The position numbers and the translations under genes are program-made. A DNA stretch of 64,000 nucleotides from an uncultured Acidimicrobiales bacterium (lineage in GTDB: Bacteria; Actinomycetota; Acidimicrobiia; Acidimicrobiales; Bin134): assembly GCA_951813325.1 (NCBI GenBank), contig OX638350.1, positions 853,029 through 917,028 on the forward strand. Reading direction: 5' to 3'. Every line of letters starts with the position of its first letter. Within the stretch, counting starts at the first letter, position 1. Of this stretch, positions 35,562 through 44,011 are shown in pieces. The notes beneath the pieces are model-generated. The model saw only the letters and a list, made by a program, of their open reading frames with translations, had not been told where the DNA came from and made no database searches.

Positions 35562-36362
35562 ATGCATGACGACATCTTGGCGGCGTTTGATATTTCCGAC
35601 CGGGTGGCGGTGGTCACCGGGGCGGCCTCGGGTATCGGTCGGGGGACGGCGGTGACGCTGGCCAAGGCCGGGGCCTCGGTGGTGCTGGGCGACGTGGACG
35701 CTGACGGGATGGACGAGACCGGCGGCGAACTGGATGCGCTTGGAGCGTCTTGGTCGGCGGTTCCTACTGATGTAAGCGACAAGGCGGCGGTGGACGCGCT
35801 GGTGGCCGATGCGGTAAACCGGCACGGCCGGTTCGACATCATGGTGAACAACGCCGGGATCATCACCGACAGCCTCATTGTGGACACCACACCCGAACAG
35901 CTAGAGCGGGTCATGAATGTGAATATCAAAGGCGTCTATTGGGGCACCGCGGCGGCGGGCCGGGCCATGGCCGATCAAAAGTCGGGGTCAATCGTCAATC
36001 TCTCGTCAGCAGGAGCCGACATGCCCGCACCGATGATCTCGGTGTACGCCCTCACCAAGGCGGCAGTGAAGATGATCACCCGCACCGCCGCAGTGGAGAT
36101 GGCCCCTATCCGGGTGAATGCGGTGGCTCCCGGTTCCATCGAGACACCCATCTACGACCGGCACTTTCTCGATGAGGAGGGCAAGGTCGACCCTGATCGC
36201 CAGAGGAACCACTTCGACACCATCGCGCAGATGAACCCGCTGGGCTATGTGGGTGACCCCAACGACATTGCCTACGCCATCTTGTATCTGTGTTCCGAGG
36301 CTGGGCGGTTCGTTACCGGCCAAACCATGCGGCCCAACGGCGGCGTGGTGATGCCGCTATAG
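35562..36362 (+). CDS. SDR-family oxidoreductase
   Basis: VVTGAASGIGRGT and YALTKAAV (YxxxK). Start trimmed to ATG 35562 (track 35505). Confidence 0.88.
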   Translation: MHDDILAAFDISDRVAVVTGAASGIGRGTAVTLAKAGASVVLGDVDADGMDETGGELDALGASWSAVPTDVSDKAAVDALVADAVNRHGRFDIMVNNAGIITDSLIVDTTPEQLERVMNVNIKGVYWGTAAAGRAMADQKSGSIVNLSSAGADMPAPMISVYALTKAAVKMITRTAAVEMAPIRVNAVAPGSIETPIYDRHFLDEEGKVDPDRQRNHFDTIAQMNPLGYVGDPNDIAYAILYLCSEAGRFVTGQTMRPNGGVVMPL

Positions 36363-36376
36363 CAAGCCCGTAGCCT

Positions 36377-37117
36377 GTGGTCATGAATTCGAAGCGCAGT
36401 GCCCGCCGCGTCGTGGCGCTCGCGGCTGCTGCCCTCTTGCTGGCGGTTGCTTGCGGCGGTGACGACGATACAGCTCCAGCTCCGACCCCGGTCGCTTCGC
36501 CCCCAGCCACTGAGCAGCCCGCGCCAGCGGAGACCCCTGCGGCCACTGAGCAGCCCGCACCTGCCGAAACACCCGCAGCCACCGAAATTCCCACGGCGGT
36601 CGAGGTTGCCCCGGTGCAGGTCGTCGGACAACCGCTTGGACCGATTGGGGATTCCCCTGATGCCGATCCAGCATTCGGCCAACCGGTGCCCGCAATCAAT
36701 GGCACTTCCATAGATGGCTCACCGCTGGAATGGACACCAGGAGAGCGACCATCTGCCATCGTGTTTCTGGCTCACTGGTGCCCGGCTTGCCAGGCTGAGG
36801 TTGCCGAGTTCACCAACTGGCTGGCCGAAGGCAACAACTTGCCTGAAGGGGTTGACCTTCTAAGCGTGGTCACTTTGGTGGACTCCGGTAGGGACAACTA
36901 TCCGCCCAGCCAATGGTTGGCCGACGAGGGTTGGCCATTCCCTGTTCTTGTGGACAGCGCCGACAATGAGGTGGCCGTCGCGTTTGGTCAGGCGGGCACC
37001 CCGTTCTGGGTTTTCGTGTTTGGAGACGGGACGTTGGCCCTCAGAGGAAGCGGCCGAATTACCCCAGAGGGTTTGGCCGAGCTCTTCGACCAACTACTGG
37101 CTCCAGGCGACGGGTAG
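36377..37117 (+). CDS. Lipoprotein, TlpA/ResA-like thiol-disulfide oxidoreductase (thioredoxin fold)
   Basis: Signal peptide with lipobox LLLAVAC, a Pro/Ala/Glu/Thr-rich linker, then a thioredoxin-type active site AHWCPACQ. Confidence 0.85.
   Translation: MVMNSKRSARRVVALAAAALLLAVACGGDDDTAPAPTPVASPPATEQPAPAETPAATEQPAPAETPAATEIPTAVEVAPVQVVGQPLGPIGDSPDADPAFGQPVPAINGTSIDGSPLEWTPGERPSAIVFLAHWCPACQAEVAEFTNWLAEGNNLPEGVDLLSVVTLVDSGRDNYPPSQWLADEGWPFPVLVDSADNEVAVAFGQAGTPFWVFVFGDGTLALRGSGRITPEGLAELFDQLLAPGDG
36506..36577 (+). repeat. In-frame 36-nt tandem duplication encoding ATEQPAPAETPA twice
   Basis: Copies at 36506-36541 and 36542-36577 differ at 7 positions, all synonymous third-codon positions. 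A partial third unit (ATE) follows. Confidence 0.85.
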
Positions 37118-37128
37118 GGTTTTCGCCC

Positions 37129-38031
37129 GTGACCGCATATCTCCAAGGCAAGAACATCGTCGTCACCGGCGCGGGCAACGGCATCGGCCGGGCCATCGCC
37201 CTGGGCTGTGCCGCCGCGGGTGCCAACGTGGTGGTGGCCGACTACGGCGTGTCGCTAGCCGGCTCCGATCCGTCATCGGAAGTGGCCGATGCGGTGGTGG
37301 CCGAGATCGAGGCTGCCGGCGGTACCGCCCTGGCCCTGGCCTCTGACATAAGCACCATGGAAGGGGGTTCGGCCGCGGTCCAGGCCGCAGTGGACACCTG
37401 GGGATCGATCGACGGCGCGGTGTGCGTGGCCGGCATCCTGCGGGAGCGGATGATCTTCAACATGACCGAGGAAGAATTCGACGACGTGATCCGGGTGCAC
37501 CTCAAGGGCCATTTCACGGTGTACAAGCACGCCTCGGCCATCATGCGCAAGCAGGAGACCGGCGGTTCGCTGGTGGGGATCACCTCGGGGGCGTTCACCG
37601 GGTCGACGTCCCAGTGCAACTACTCGGCGGCCAAGGGGGGAATCATCTCGCTCACCAAGAGCGCCGCGTTGGCCCTGAAGCGCTACGGCATCAATGCCAA
37701 CTGCATCGCCCCCAGCGCCAAGACCCGCATGTCGGAGAACGTTCCGTTCGAAATCGAGGCTGGTGAGCCCGAGGACGTGGCGCCCTTGGCCGTGTACTTG
37801 CTCAGCGACCAGGCTCGGGATATCACCGCTCAGGTATACACCGTGGTTGGCCCCCGCATTTCGGTATGGGCCCAGTTCGGCGAAGTTCGCTCCATGTTCG
37901 CTCCCGGGAGCAGTTGGACCCCAGAAGGCATCGAGGAGGCGCTGCCCCGCACTGTCGGCACCGAGGAGCACCCCACCATGGCCATGCTGGCCGCGCAGGC
38001 AGCTCAGCGCCAGGCGGCCCAGGGCAGCTGA
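37129..38031 (+). CDS. SDR-family oxidoreductase (MFE-2/Hsd4A-like hydroxyacyl-CoA dehydrogenase type)
   Basis: 300-aa ORF with VTGAGNGIGRAI and YSAAKGGI. Stop overlaps the next gene's ATG (TGATG). Confidence 0.88.
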   Translation: MTAYLQGKNIVVTGAGNGIGRAIALGCAAAGANVVVADYGVSLAGSDPSSEVADAVVAEIEAAGGTALALASDISTMEGGSAAVQAAVDTWGSIDGAVCVAGILRERMIFNMTEEEFDDVIRVHLKGHFTVYKHASAIMRKQETGGSLVGITSGAFTGSTSQCNYSAAKGGIISLTKSAALALKRYGINANCIAPSAKTRMSENVPFEIEAGEPEDVAPLAVYLLSDQARDITAQVYTVVGPRISVWAQFGEVRSMFAPGSSWTPEGIEEALPRTVGTEEHPTMAMLAAQAAQRQAAQGS

Positions 38032-38924
38032 TGGCGGGGGGCGCGCTGGACGGGCGGATCGCCGTCATCACCGGCGCTGGCCGCGGCATCGGCCGCCACT
38101 ACGCCCTGCTGTTCGCCGCTGAGGGCGCCAAGGTGGTGGTCAACGACTTGGGCTGCGAGGCCGACGGCACCGGCGCCGACCCGGCTGTCGCCCAGGCAGT
38201 GGTGGACGAGATCACCGCCGTTGGAGGAACAGCGGTAGCCAACAGCGACGACGTGGCTGAGATGGCCGGCGCAGAGTCGCTGCTGGCCCAGACGCTGGAC
38301 GCCTTCGGGGGAGTGGATGTGCTGGTGAACAACGCCGGCATCCTGCGGGACAAGATGTTTGCCAGCATGAGCGAGGACGACTGGGATTCGGTGGTCCGCG
38401 GCCATCTCAAGACCACCTTCTGCATGACCCGGGTATGCGCTGGCTGGTGGCGCGACCAGGTCAAATCGGGCGCAGAGGTCAACGCCTCGGTGGTCAACAT
38501 CAGCTCCACCTCGGGGCTGATCGGCCAGGTGGGCCAGTCCAACTACGGGGCGGCCAAATCGGCCATAGCCGGTATGACGGTGATCATCGCCCAAGAGCTG
38601 GGTCGCTACGGGGTGCGGGTTAACTGCGTGACCCCCGCGGCCCGCACTCGCATGACCATGGGCGCGCCCGGAGTTGCTGAGTTGATGGCCAAGCCCGCTG
38701 AGGGGTTCGACGTCTTCCACCCCGCTCATCCCGCCCCGGTGGTGGGCTGGCTGGCCACCACCGACTGCGAGGTCACCGGCCGGGTGTTCATGGCCAAAGG
38801 AGGCGATGTCCGCTGGTACACCCCATGGCTGCGCCAGGATTTCCTCGACGACGAGCGGGAGTGGACCATCGCCGATCTGGCCGATGCCATGAAGGACTTG
38901 CCGCCGGTTCCGGTGTCGCCGTGA
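38031..38924 (+). CDS. SDR-family oxidoreductase (MFE-2/Hsd4A-like type)
   Basis: ITGAGRGIGRHY and YGAAKSAI. Start trimmed to ATG 38031 (track 37866). Confidence 0.88.
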   Translation: MAGGALDGRIAVITGAGRGIGRHYALLFAAEGAKVVVNDLGCEADGTGADPAVAQAVVDEITAVGGTAVANSDDVAEMAGAESLLAQTLDAFGGVDVLVNNAGILRDKMFASMSEDDWDSVVRGHLKTTFCMTRVCAGWWRDQVKSGAEVNASVVNISSTSGLIGQVGQSNYGAAKSAIAGMTVIIAQELGRYGVRVNCVTPAARTRMTMGAPGVAELMAKPAEGFDVFHPAHPAPVVGWLATTDCEVTGRVFMAKGGDVRWYTPWLRQDFLDDEREWTIADLADAMKDLPPVPVSP

Positions 38925-39703
38925 GCCGGGAAATTCCCGTCGAGCCGCCGGGCCGGGGGCTGCTGGAGGGCAAGACCGTGGTGGTGACTGCTGCGGCGGG
39001 CACCGGGCTCGGCTTCGCGGCCGCTCGGCGATGCATGGCAGAGGGGGCCCGAGTGCTCATCAGCGACATCCACGAGCGCCGTCTGGCCGAGGCTGCTGAT
39101 CGCTTGGCCGAGGAGTTCGGCGCTCGCCCCGCGACGCAACTGTGCAATGTCACGGTCGAGGAGGAGGTCCAAGCGCTGATCGATGCCGCGGTAGCCGAGT
39201 TGGGCCATGTGGACGTGATGATCAACAACGCCGGTTTGGGGGGTACCGCCAACCTGGTGGACATGACCGACGACCAGTGGCATGCCGTGGTCGACGTGAC
39301 CCTCAACGGCACCATGCGAACTACCCGGGCCGCGCTGCGCCACATGATGCCTCGGGGTTCGGGGGTCATCGTCAACAACGCCTCGGTGATGGGATGGCGG
39401 GCCCAGGTGGGCCAGAGCCATTACGCCGCGGCCAAAGCCGGGGTGATGGCCCTGACCCGGTGCGCGGCCATGGAGGCGGCCGAGGCCGGGGTGAGGGTCA
39501 ACTGCGTGGCCCCCAGCCTGGCCATGCACCCGTTTTTGGCCAAGGTATCCAGCCAAGAGTTCCTCGACGACCTAATCTCATTGGAGGCCTTCGACCGGGC
39601 CGCCGAACCGTGGGAAGTGGCCAACGTGATGGTGTTCCTGGCCAGCGACTATTCCACCTACATGACCGGCGAGATCGTCTCAGTTAGCTCCCAACACCCC
39701 TAG
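38921..39703 (+). CDS. SDR-family oxidoreductase
   Basis: VTAAAGTGLGFA and YAAAKAGV. GTG at 38921 overlaps the upstream stop (GTGA). The track ORF starts at 38825. Confidence 0.85.
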   Translation: MSREIPVEPPGRGLLEGKTVVVTAAAGTGLGFAAARRCMAEGARVLISDIHERRLAEAADRLAEEFGARPATQLCNVTVEEEVQALIDAAVAELGHVDVMINNAGLGGTANLVDMTDDQWHAVVDVTLNGTMRTTRAALRHMMPRGSGVIVNNASVMGWRAQVGQSHYAAAKAGVMALTRCAAMEAAEAGVRVNCVAPSLAMHPFLAKVSSQEFLDDLISLEAFDRAAEPWEVANVMVFLASDYSTYMTGEIVSVSSQHP

Positions 39704-40281
39704 CCGAGGGCGGCGGCCAGAACGGAGCGGTCGGTGTGGTGGTAGACGTGGGCCAGATCAAGGTCCACAATCTGCTGGGGCATCTCTGGGTCGAACCAAC
39801 CGTCGATCAACCCCCAATGGTGGGGGCTCATCATGTAGTCCACCTTGAGCCCGTCGAGGGTGTAGTACTCCTGCTCCCAGCAGTGGGTCCACCGGATGCC
39901 AGGCGGACCGACGACTCGGCTGAGGGCCCAGTTCACGATGGCCGAGATGTGGTCGGGCATGGCCATTAGATCCCGCTCGAAGGCGGCCACTGAGTCGGCG
40001 TGTGCGTCGGTCTGGACCTGAAGCAGGAGGGTGCGCTTGATCTCCCCGGTGAATCCGGGGTCGCCCAGAGAGCCGTCGATGAGCTCCAGTTCCACCAGGT
40101 CGAAATTGGCCACGTCCTCGAAACCGGAAGGCACCGGATCGTCGATCCCGTCCCAGGTGTAGTGGCCGCCTCCCACCGTGCCCGGCAGATGTCGGCCCAG
40201 CACTACCGACTCTTCCAACTCATTCACCTTGTCGGGATCCGCCCCATCAACCAGGGTTACCAGTGCCAGCTCCCGGCTCAT
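39700..40281 (-). CDS. Dabb (stress-responsive alpha/beta-barrel) domain protein, apparently two-domain
   Basis: C-terminal half IKRTLLLQVQ…AFERDLMAMPDHISAIVNWAL…YMMSPHHW fits the Dabb pattern. ATG 40281 overlaps the upstream gene's stop (ATGA). The track ORF starts at 40434. Confidence 0.65.
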   Translation of the reverse strand: MSRELALVTLVDGADPDKVNELEESVVLGRHLPGTVGGGHYTWDGIDDPVPSGFEDVANFDLVELELIDGSLGDPGFTGEIKRTLLLQVQTDAHADSVAAFERDLMAMPDHISAIVNWALSRVVGPPGIRWTHCWEQEYYTLDGLKVDYMMSPHHWGLIDGWFDPEMPQQIVDLDLAHVYHHTDRSVLAAALG

Positions 40282-40616
40282 CGCCCCTCCCCGATGGGCG
40301 GATCGTCCACGAGGAACCGCCTCTGCCGCTCCACGCATAGGGCGTCCATCTCGGCCCAAAATTCGCCGACACTGGGATCCCGCCCGGCAGCACCCCGCAT
40401 GGCCCACCAGGCAGCGGCATCGGGCACCGACCACAGGTACACCAGGTTGTTGGGCTGGTCGTACAGCTCCACCGGCGGGCTCAGCCAGGTCTGCTCCAAG
40501 GCCATGCCCCGTTCTACGGCGCCGGCCATATAGACCTCAGTCATGAGCTGCCGCACCGCATCCAGCCTTCCAGGCTCAACCGTTAACTCGTCCAAGATGT
40601 GGATCTTCCCGATCAC
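40278..40616 (-). CDS. Small alpha+beta (ferredoxin-like, NIPSNAP/Dabb-like) protein of unknown function
   Basis: 112-aa ORF (…NLVYLWSVPDAAAWWAMR…), translationally coupled to the downstream Dabb gene. Fold assignment is tentative. Confidence 0.5.
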   Translation of the reverse strand: MIGKIHILDELTVEPGRLDAVRQLMTEVYMAGAVERGMALEQTWLSPPVELYDQPNNLVYLWSVPDAAAWWAMRGAAGRDPSVGEFWAEMDALCVERQRRFLVDDPPIGEGR

Positions 40617-40675
40617 GATCCCACGCTAGTGGTGTTCTAGATTGCAGGGCCGGAGAGAAGACGGGAACAGAGGCA

Positions 40676-41422
40676 ATGAACCATCAGCGACGCATTCCGC
40701 TGGAGGGGTGCGTGAACTTCCGGGATTTGGGGGGCTACGCCAGCACATTGGGCGGAACTACCAAATGGGGTGTGCTGTTTCGAGCCGACTCGCTGCACCG
40801 GCTAAGCCCCGCTGATGGCGCAGTGGTCACCGGTCGATTGGGCATCCGCACCGCCGTGGACCTGCGGGCCAACGACGAGCGAGACCGGGTTGGGGTGCTT
40901 GATCCAACGCTGGGCATTGTCGAGCACCACATCGGCACGACCGATCGGACCATGCACACCTATGAGCGCCCCGATTCCGACTTGTTGAGCCGCTCCTTCG
41001 GTCAACTCTACGAGAACATGATCAGCAGCGGGGGAAAGCGGTTTGCCGCCGCCATCGAGTTGGTGGCCGATTCCGATCGGTGGCCGACCGCCTTTTTCTG
41101 CATGGCCGGAAAGGACCGCACCGGCTGTCTGGCCGCACTGATTTTGGGATTGGTTGGAGTAGGCCGCCAAGACATCGTGGGCGACTACGCGGCCACCGCT
41201 CCTGCGGCTCCCCTTATCCGGGAACGGGGGTTAGCCGAGCTGCCCGACATGGCCAAAGTCTGGGAAAAGCTGCCCGACGACATCACCACGGCCCCCATCA
41301 GCGCCATGTCCGAGCTGTTGGACATCGTCGATGTTCGTTGGGGCGGCTCCGAGGGCTACGCCCTGGAATACGGCGTCAAACCCCAGACCATGGAACGGCT
41401 GCGAGAGTCGTTCCTGGTCTGA
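40676..41422 (+). CDS. Protein-tyrosine phosphatase (Y_phosphatase3-like)
   Basis: 248-aa ORF with the CX5R active site FFCMAGKDRTGC. Confidence 0.85.
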   Translation: MNHQRRIPLEGCVNFRDLGGYASTLGGTTKWGVLFRADSLHRLSPADGAVVTGRLGIRTAVDLRANDERDRVGVLDPTLGIVEHHIGTTDRTMHTYERPDSDLLSRSFGQLYENMISSGGKRFAAAIELVADSDRWPTAFFCMAGKDRTGCLAALILGLVGVGRQDIVGDYAATAPAAPLIRERGLAELPDMAKVWEKLPDDITTAPISAMSELLDIVDVRWGGSEGYALEYGVKPQTMERLRESFLV

Positions 41423-41441
41423 ATCACAAAATCAATCAAAC

Positions 41442-41463
41442 ATAGTCATATAAATATGACTAT
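41442..41463. promoter_or_regulatory. Candidate operator/promoter palindrome of the Phd-VapC module
   Basis: ATAGTCATAT-AA-ATATGACTAT (10-bp perfect arms) in a short, very A/T-rich spacer, 10 nt upstream of the antitoxin ATG. Contains TATAAAT. Confidence 0.5.
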
Positions 41464-41472
41464 AGTGAGGGC

Positions 41473-41775
41473 ATGGAAACACCGGATAGCGCGACGTTGG
41501 CAGGTCGCATAGTGCCAGCAGGGGAGTTCAAGACGAACTGCCTGCGTCTGATGGACGAAGTGCAAGAGACTGGCGCGGAGATCGTGGTCACCAAGCACCG
41601 CCGACCGGTGGTGCGGGTCAGCCCGTTTCGCGAAGACCGGTCCAAGTTGGTGGGGTCGTGCGTTGGCCAGCTTCAGATTTTGTCCGACATCGATGCCGAA
41701 CCGCCTATCCCCTTAGATGACTGGGATGTTGTCGCCCGTCCTGAGCGGATCCTCAATCCTGAGGGCGGAGCGTGA
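41473..41775 (+). CDS. Phd/YefM-family antitoxin
   Basis: 100-aa ORF with …EFKTNCLRLMDEVQETGAEIVVTKHRRPVVRVSPF…. Overlaps the vapC start by 4 nt. Confidence 0.82.
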   Translation: METPDSATLAGRIVPAGEFKTNCLRLMDEVQETGAEIVVTKHRRPVVRVSPFREDRSKLVGSCVGQLQILSDIDAEPPIPLDDWDVVARPERILNPEGGA

Positions 41776-42191
41776 CTGTTTTGTTGGACACCAACGTCTT
41801 GCTGAGATTGGTCGCCGACAGTTCAGAAATCAGCAAGTCGTTCAAGGCAGAGGTGGAGTCTGTGCTGGGTGACGGCGGGGTAGCCGTCTCGTCCGCCACT
41901 TTCATGGAGACCACGCGCCTCCACCACCATCAGCGTATCGACTTGGGTTGCCATCCCTCCGTGTGGCGCCAACAGCGCTTGCAGTCGGGACTTAGAGAGA
42001 TCCCTGTCGACGGCGATGTAGCCGTAGAGTCGGTTCTCTTGATGAACTCGGGCTTCCACCGGGACCCGGCCGACCAGATGATCGTTGCCACGGCAATGCT
42101 GGGCGGCATGACCTTGGCGACCATGGACATGCAGATCATCGATTGGGCCGAACGTACCCGCTTGGTCCCACTGGTCCACCCCTCTGTCTAG
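41772..42191 (+). CDS. vapC: PIN-domain ribonuclease toxin VapC
   Basis: 139-aa ORF starting MTVLLDTNVLLRL with a later DPADQMIVATAM block. Its TAG stop and the convergent dehydrogenase's stop share one CTAG (42188-42191). Confidence 0.82.
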   Translation: MTVLLDTNVLLRLVADSSEISKSFKAEVESVLGDGGVAVSSATFMETTRLHHHQRIDLGCHPSVWRQQRLQSGLREIPVDGDVAVESVLLMNSGFHRDPADQMIVATAMLGGMTLATMDMQIIDWAERTRLVPLVHPSV

Positions 42192-43144
42192 GGCTCCACT
42201 ACAACCTTGAGCGTGGGGGTGTCGCTGGCGGCCAAGGCGAATGCCTCGCCGGCGCCGTCGAGGGGGAAGCGCTGGGTGATCATGGCCTCGGCGATCTCGG
42301 GGCGGTGGGCCAGCAGTGCCGCGGCGGAGTCGAAGGCTCGGCCGGCGCCATGGTGCCCATAGAACGTTCCCCACACCGCGGTCAGCTCCTTCAGCACCCA
42401 GGGCAGCACCTCGAACAGCTTGTTCTGGTAGTAGCCGGCCACCAGCAGCACCGTCCCTCCAGGACGAGCCACCTCGGCCGAGCGGGTGATGGAGCGCTCC
42501 GAGCCGTCACCTTCGATGACCACGTCGTAGGTGCCCGATAGGCCCACGCCGAGGCCCATCTGCTCGGCCGCCGCCGCGTGAAGATCATGATCAGGTTCCA
42601 CGTCCACCACGCAGCCCCGCCAGCGGGCCGCGGCCCCGCCCAACAAGCCGAATCCGGTGATGCCGGGGCCCACCACCGCCACCCGGTGGCGGCTCTCCAG
42701 CCGCCCTAGCATCAGGCTGTGGATGTTCACGGCCAGCGGCTCACACAAGCAGGCGTTGGCCACATCCAAGCCGTGAGGAAGACGCACCAGGCACCGCTCC
42801 GGCAGCAGGATCTCGTCGGCCATACCCCCGTCGAAGGCCACCCCGGCGATCATTTCGTGCGACTTCTCGCACCAGTGGTAGTCGCCCATTGTGCAGAACT
42901 CGCACACCTCGCAGGGCACCATCGGCTCAATCGCCACCGGGGTTCCGTCGTCCAGCACACCGGCGAACTCATGGCCGAAGGTCATCTCCCTCGGTCCGAA
43001 GCCCACCATGTTCAGGTCGGTCTGGCAGATACCCACCGAGCGGGGCCGTATCCGCACCCCTTCGGAGTTTCCCACCGCCACCGTGGTAGGAATCGGCACC
43101 TCTACCGGTCGGATGCCCTCGGGGGTGTGGCGCACCGCCCTCAC
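42188..43144 (-). CDS. Zinc-dependent alcohol dehydrogenase family (MDR superfamily)
   Basis: GICQTDL, GHEFAG and the structural-zinc cluster CEVCEFCTMGDYHWC. GTG 43144 overlaps the upstream SDR's stop (GTGA). The track ORF (to 43696) is an over-extension. Confidence 0.88.
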   Translation of the reverse strand: MRAVRHTPEGIRPVEVPIPTTVAVGNSEGVRIRPRSVGICQTDLNMVGFGPREMTFGHEFAGVLDDGTPVAIEPMVPCEVCEFCTMGDYHWCEKSHEMIAGVAFDGGMADEILLPERCLVRLPHGLDVANACLCEPLAVNIHSLMLGRLESRHRVAVVGPGITGFGLLGGAAARWRGCVVDVEPDHDLHAAAAEQMGLGVGLSGTYDVVIEGDGSERSITRSAEVARPGGTVLLVAGYYQNKLFEVLPWVLKELTAVWGTFYGHHGAGRAFDSAAALLAHRPEIAEAMITQRFPLDGAGEAFALAASDTPTLKVVVEP

Positions 43145-43959
43145 GCCGAAAGGCCCCGCTTTTTGAACTCGCTTTGGGCGTACACGATGCCGCCCAAGTG
43201 CTCGTCGGCGTCGGGCGATGTGGCCAGCCAGGCCACCACCGAGCCGATGGTGGCCGGCTCGCCGCCGGGATAGGGGAATGATCCCGCGGTGTTTCGGGCC
43301 CGGGCGGCCTCGGTGATCACATAGCCGGGGTCGATGCTGAAACAGCGGATGCCCTCGTTGCCGTGCTCCACATGGATGTGGGGGGTCATGCGGCTGAACG
43401 CCCCCTTGCTCATGGCGTAGGCCATGCCCCAGCCGCCCTTGCCGATAGGGCCGGGCGGGTCGGTGTAGGCCGAGGCCGAGATCATGTTCACGATGGTGCC
43501 CGAGCCCCGCTCTCGCATGGTGGCCAGCACCCGACCGGTCACGGCCAACTGGGCGAACACGTTGCCTTCGAACAGCCGATGGACCTCGTGCTCCTCCAGG
43601 TCGAGGAACGGGGTCATGCTCACTTTGCCCTGGTAGATGGCATTGTTCACCAGCACGTCGAGGTGGCCGAAGTAGTCCAGCGCGCCGTCGATACACGCCT
43701 CCACGCTGGCTCGGTCCAATAGGTCCATGACGAATGCCGCCCCCTGCTGACCCTCGGCTTCGATGGCGGCCACGGTGGTGTCGAGCCCGCCCGGCACCGT
43801 GAGATCGGGGTCGTACATATCCCGGCCCGCACCGTCCACCAGGGTGCGGGCCGACACGGCCACGTCGAATCCGGCCCGGGCCAGGGCGGTGGCGCTGGCC
43901 TTTCCGATGCCCCGGCTGGCCCCGGTGACCAGGGCTGTTTTCCGCTCATTGGCGCTCAT
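43141..43959 (-). CDS. SDR-family oxidoreductase
   Basis: MSANERKTALVTGASRGIGKAS and YAMSKGAF. Start trimmed to ATG 43959 (track 44331). Confidence 0.88.
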   Translation of the reverse strand: MSANERKTALVTGASRGIGKASATALARAGFDVAVSARTLVDGAGRDMYDPDLTVPGGLDTTVAAIEAEGQQGAAFVMDLLDRASVEACIDGALDYFGHLDVLVNNAIYQGKVSMTPFLDLEEHEVHRLFEGNVFAQLAVTGRVLATMRERGSGTIVNMISASAYTDPPGPIGKGGWGMAYAMSKGAFSRMTPHIHVEHGNEGIRCFSIDPGYVITEAARARNTAGSFPYPGGEPATIGSVVAWLATSPDADEHLGGIVYAQSEFKKRGLSA

Positions 43960-44011
43960 CGGTGCTGCTCTGCCTTTCGGTTGCGGTGCCTCGCAGGCAT
44001 ACCGTAGGGCC

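Noticed and set aside
36480-36600. Direct repeats that could have been a short CRISPR- or VNTR-like array
   Set aside because: Only two and a fraction units, in-frame within a lipoprotein linker, with no spacers. This is a coding peptide repeat.
42188-43696. 502-aa ORF that appears to fuse an alcohol dehydrogenase with an N-terminal extension; similar over-extended ORFs at 43141-44331, 43763-45151, 52981-54978, 54582-55850, 31149-32582, 37866-38924 and 26168-27763
   Set aside because: The extensions overlap the upstream gene in another frame and are low-complexity. Internal ATG or GTG starts sit at stop/start overlaps or after SD-like sequences and give proteins of family-typical length.
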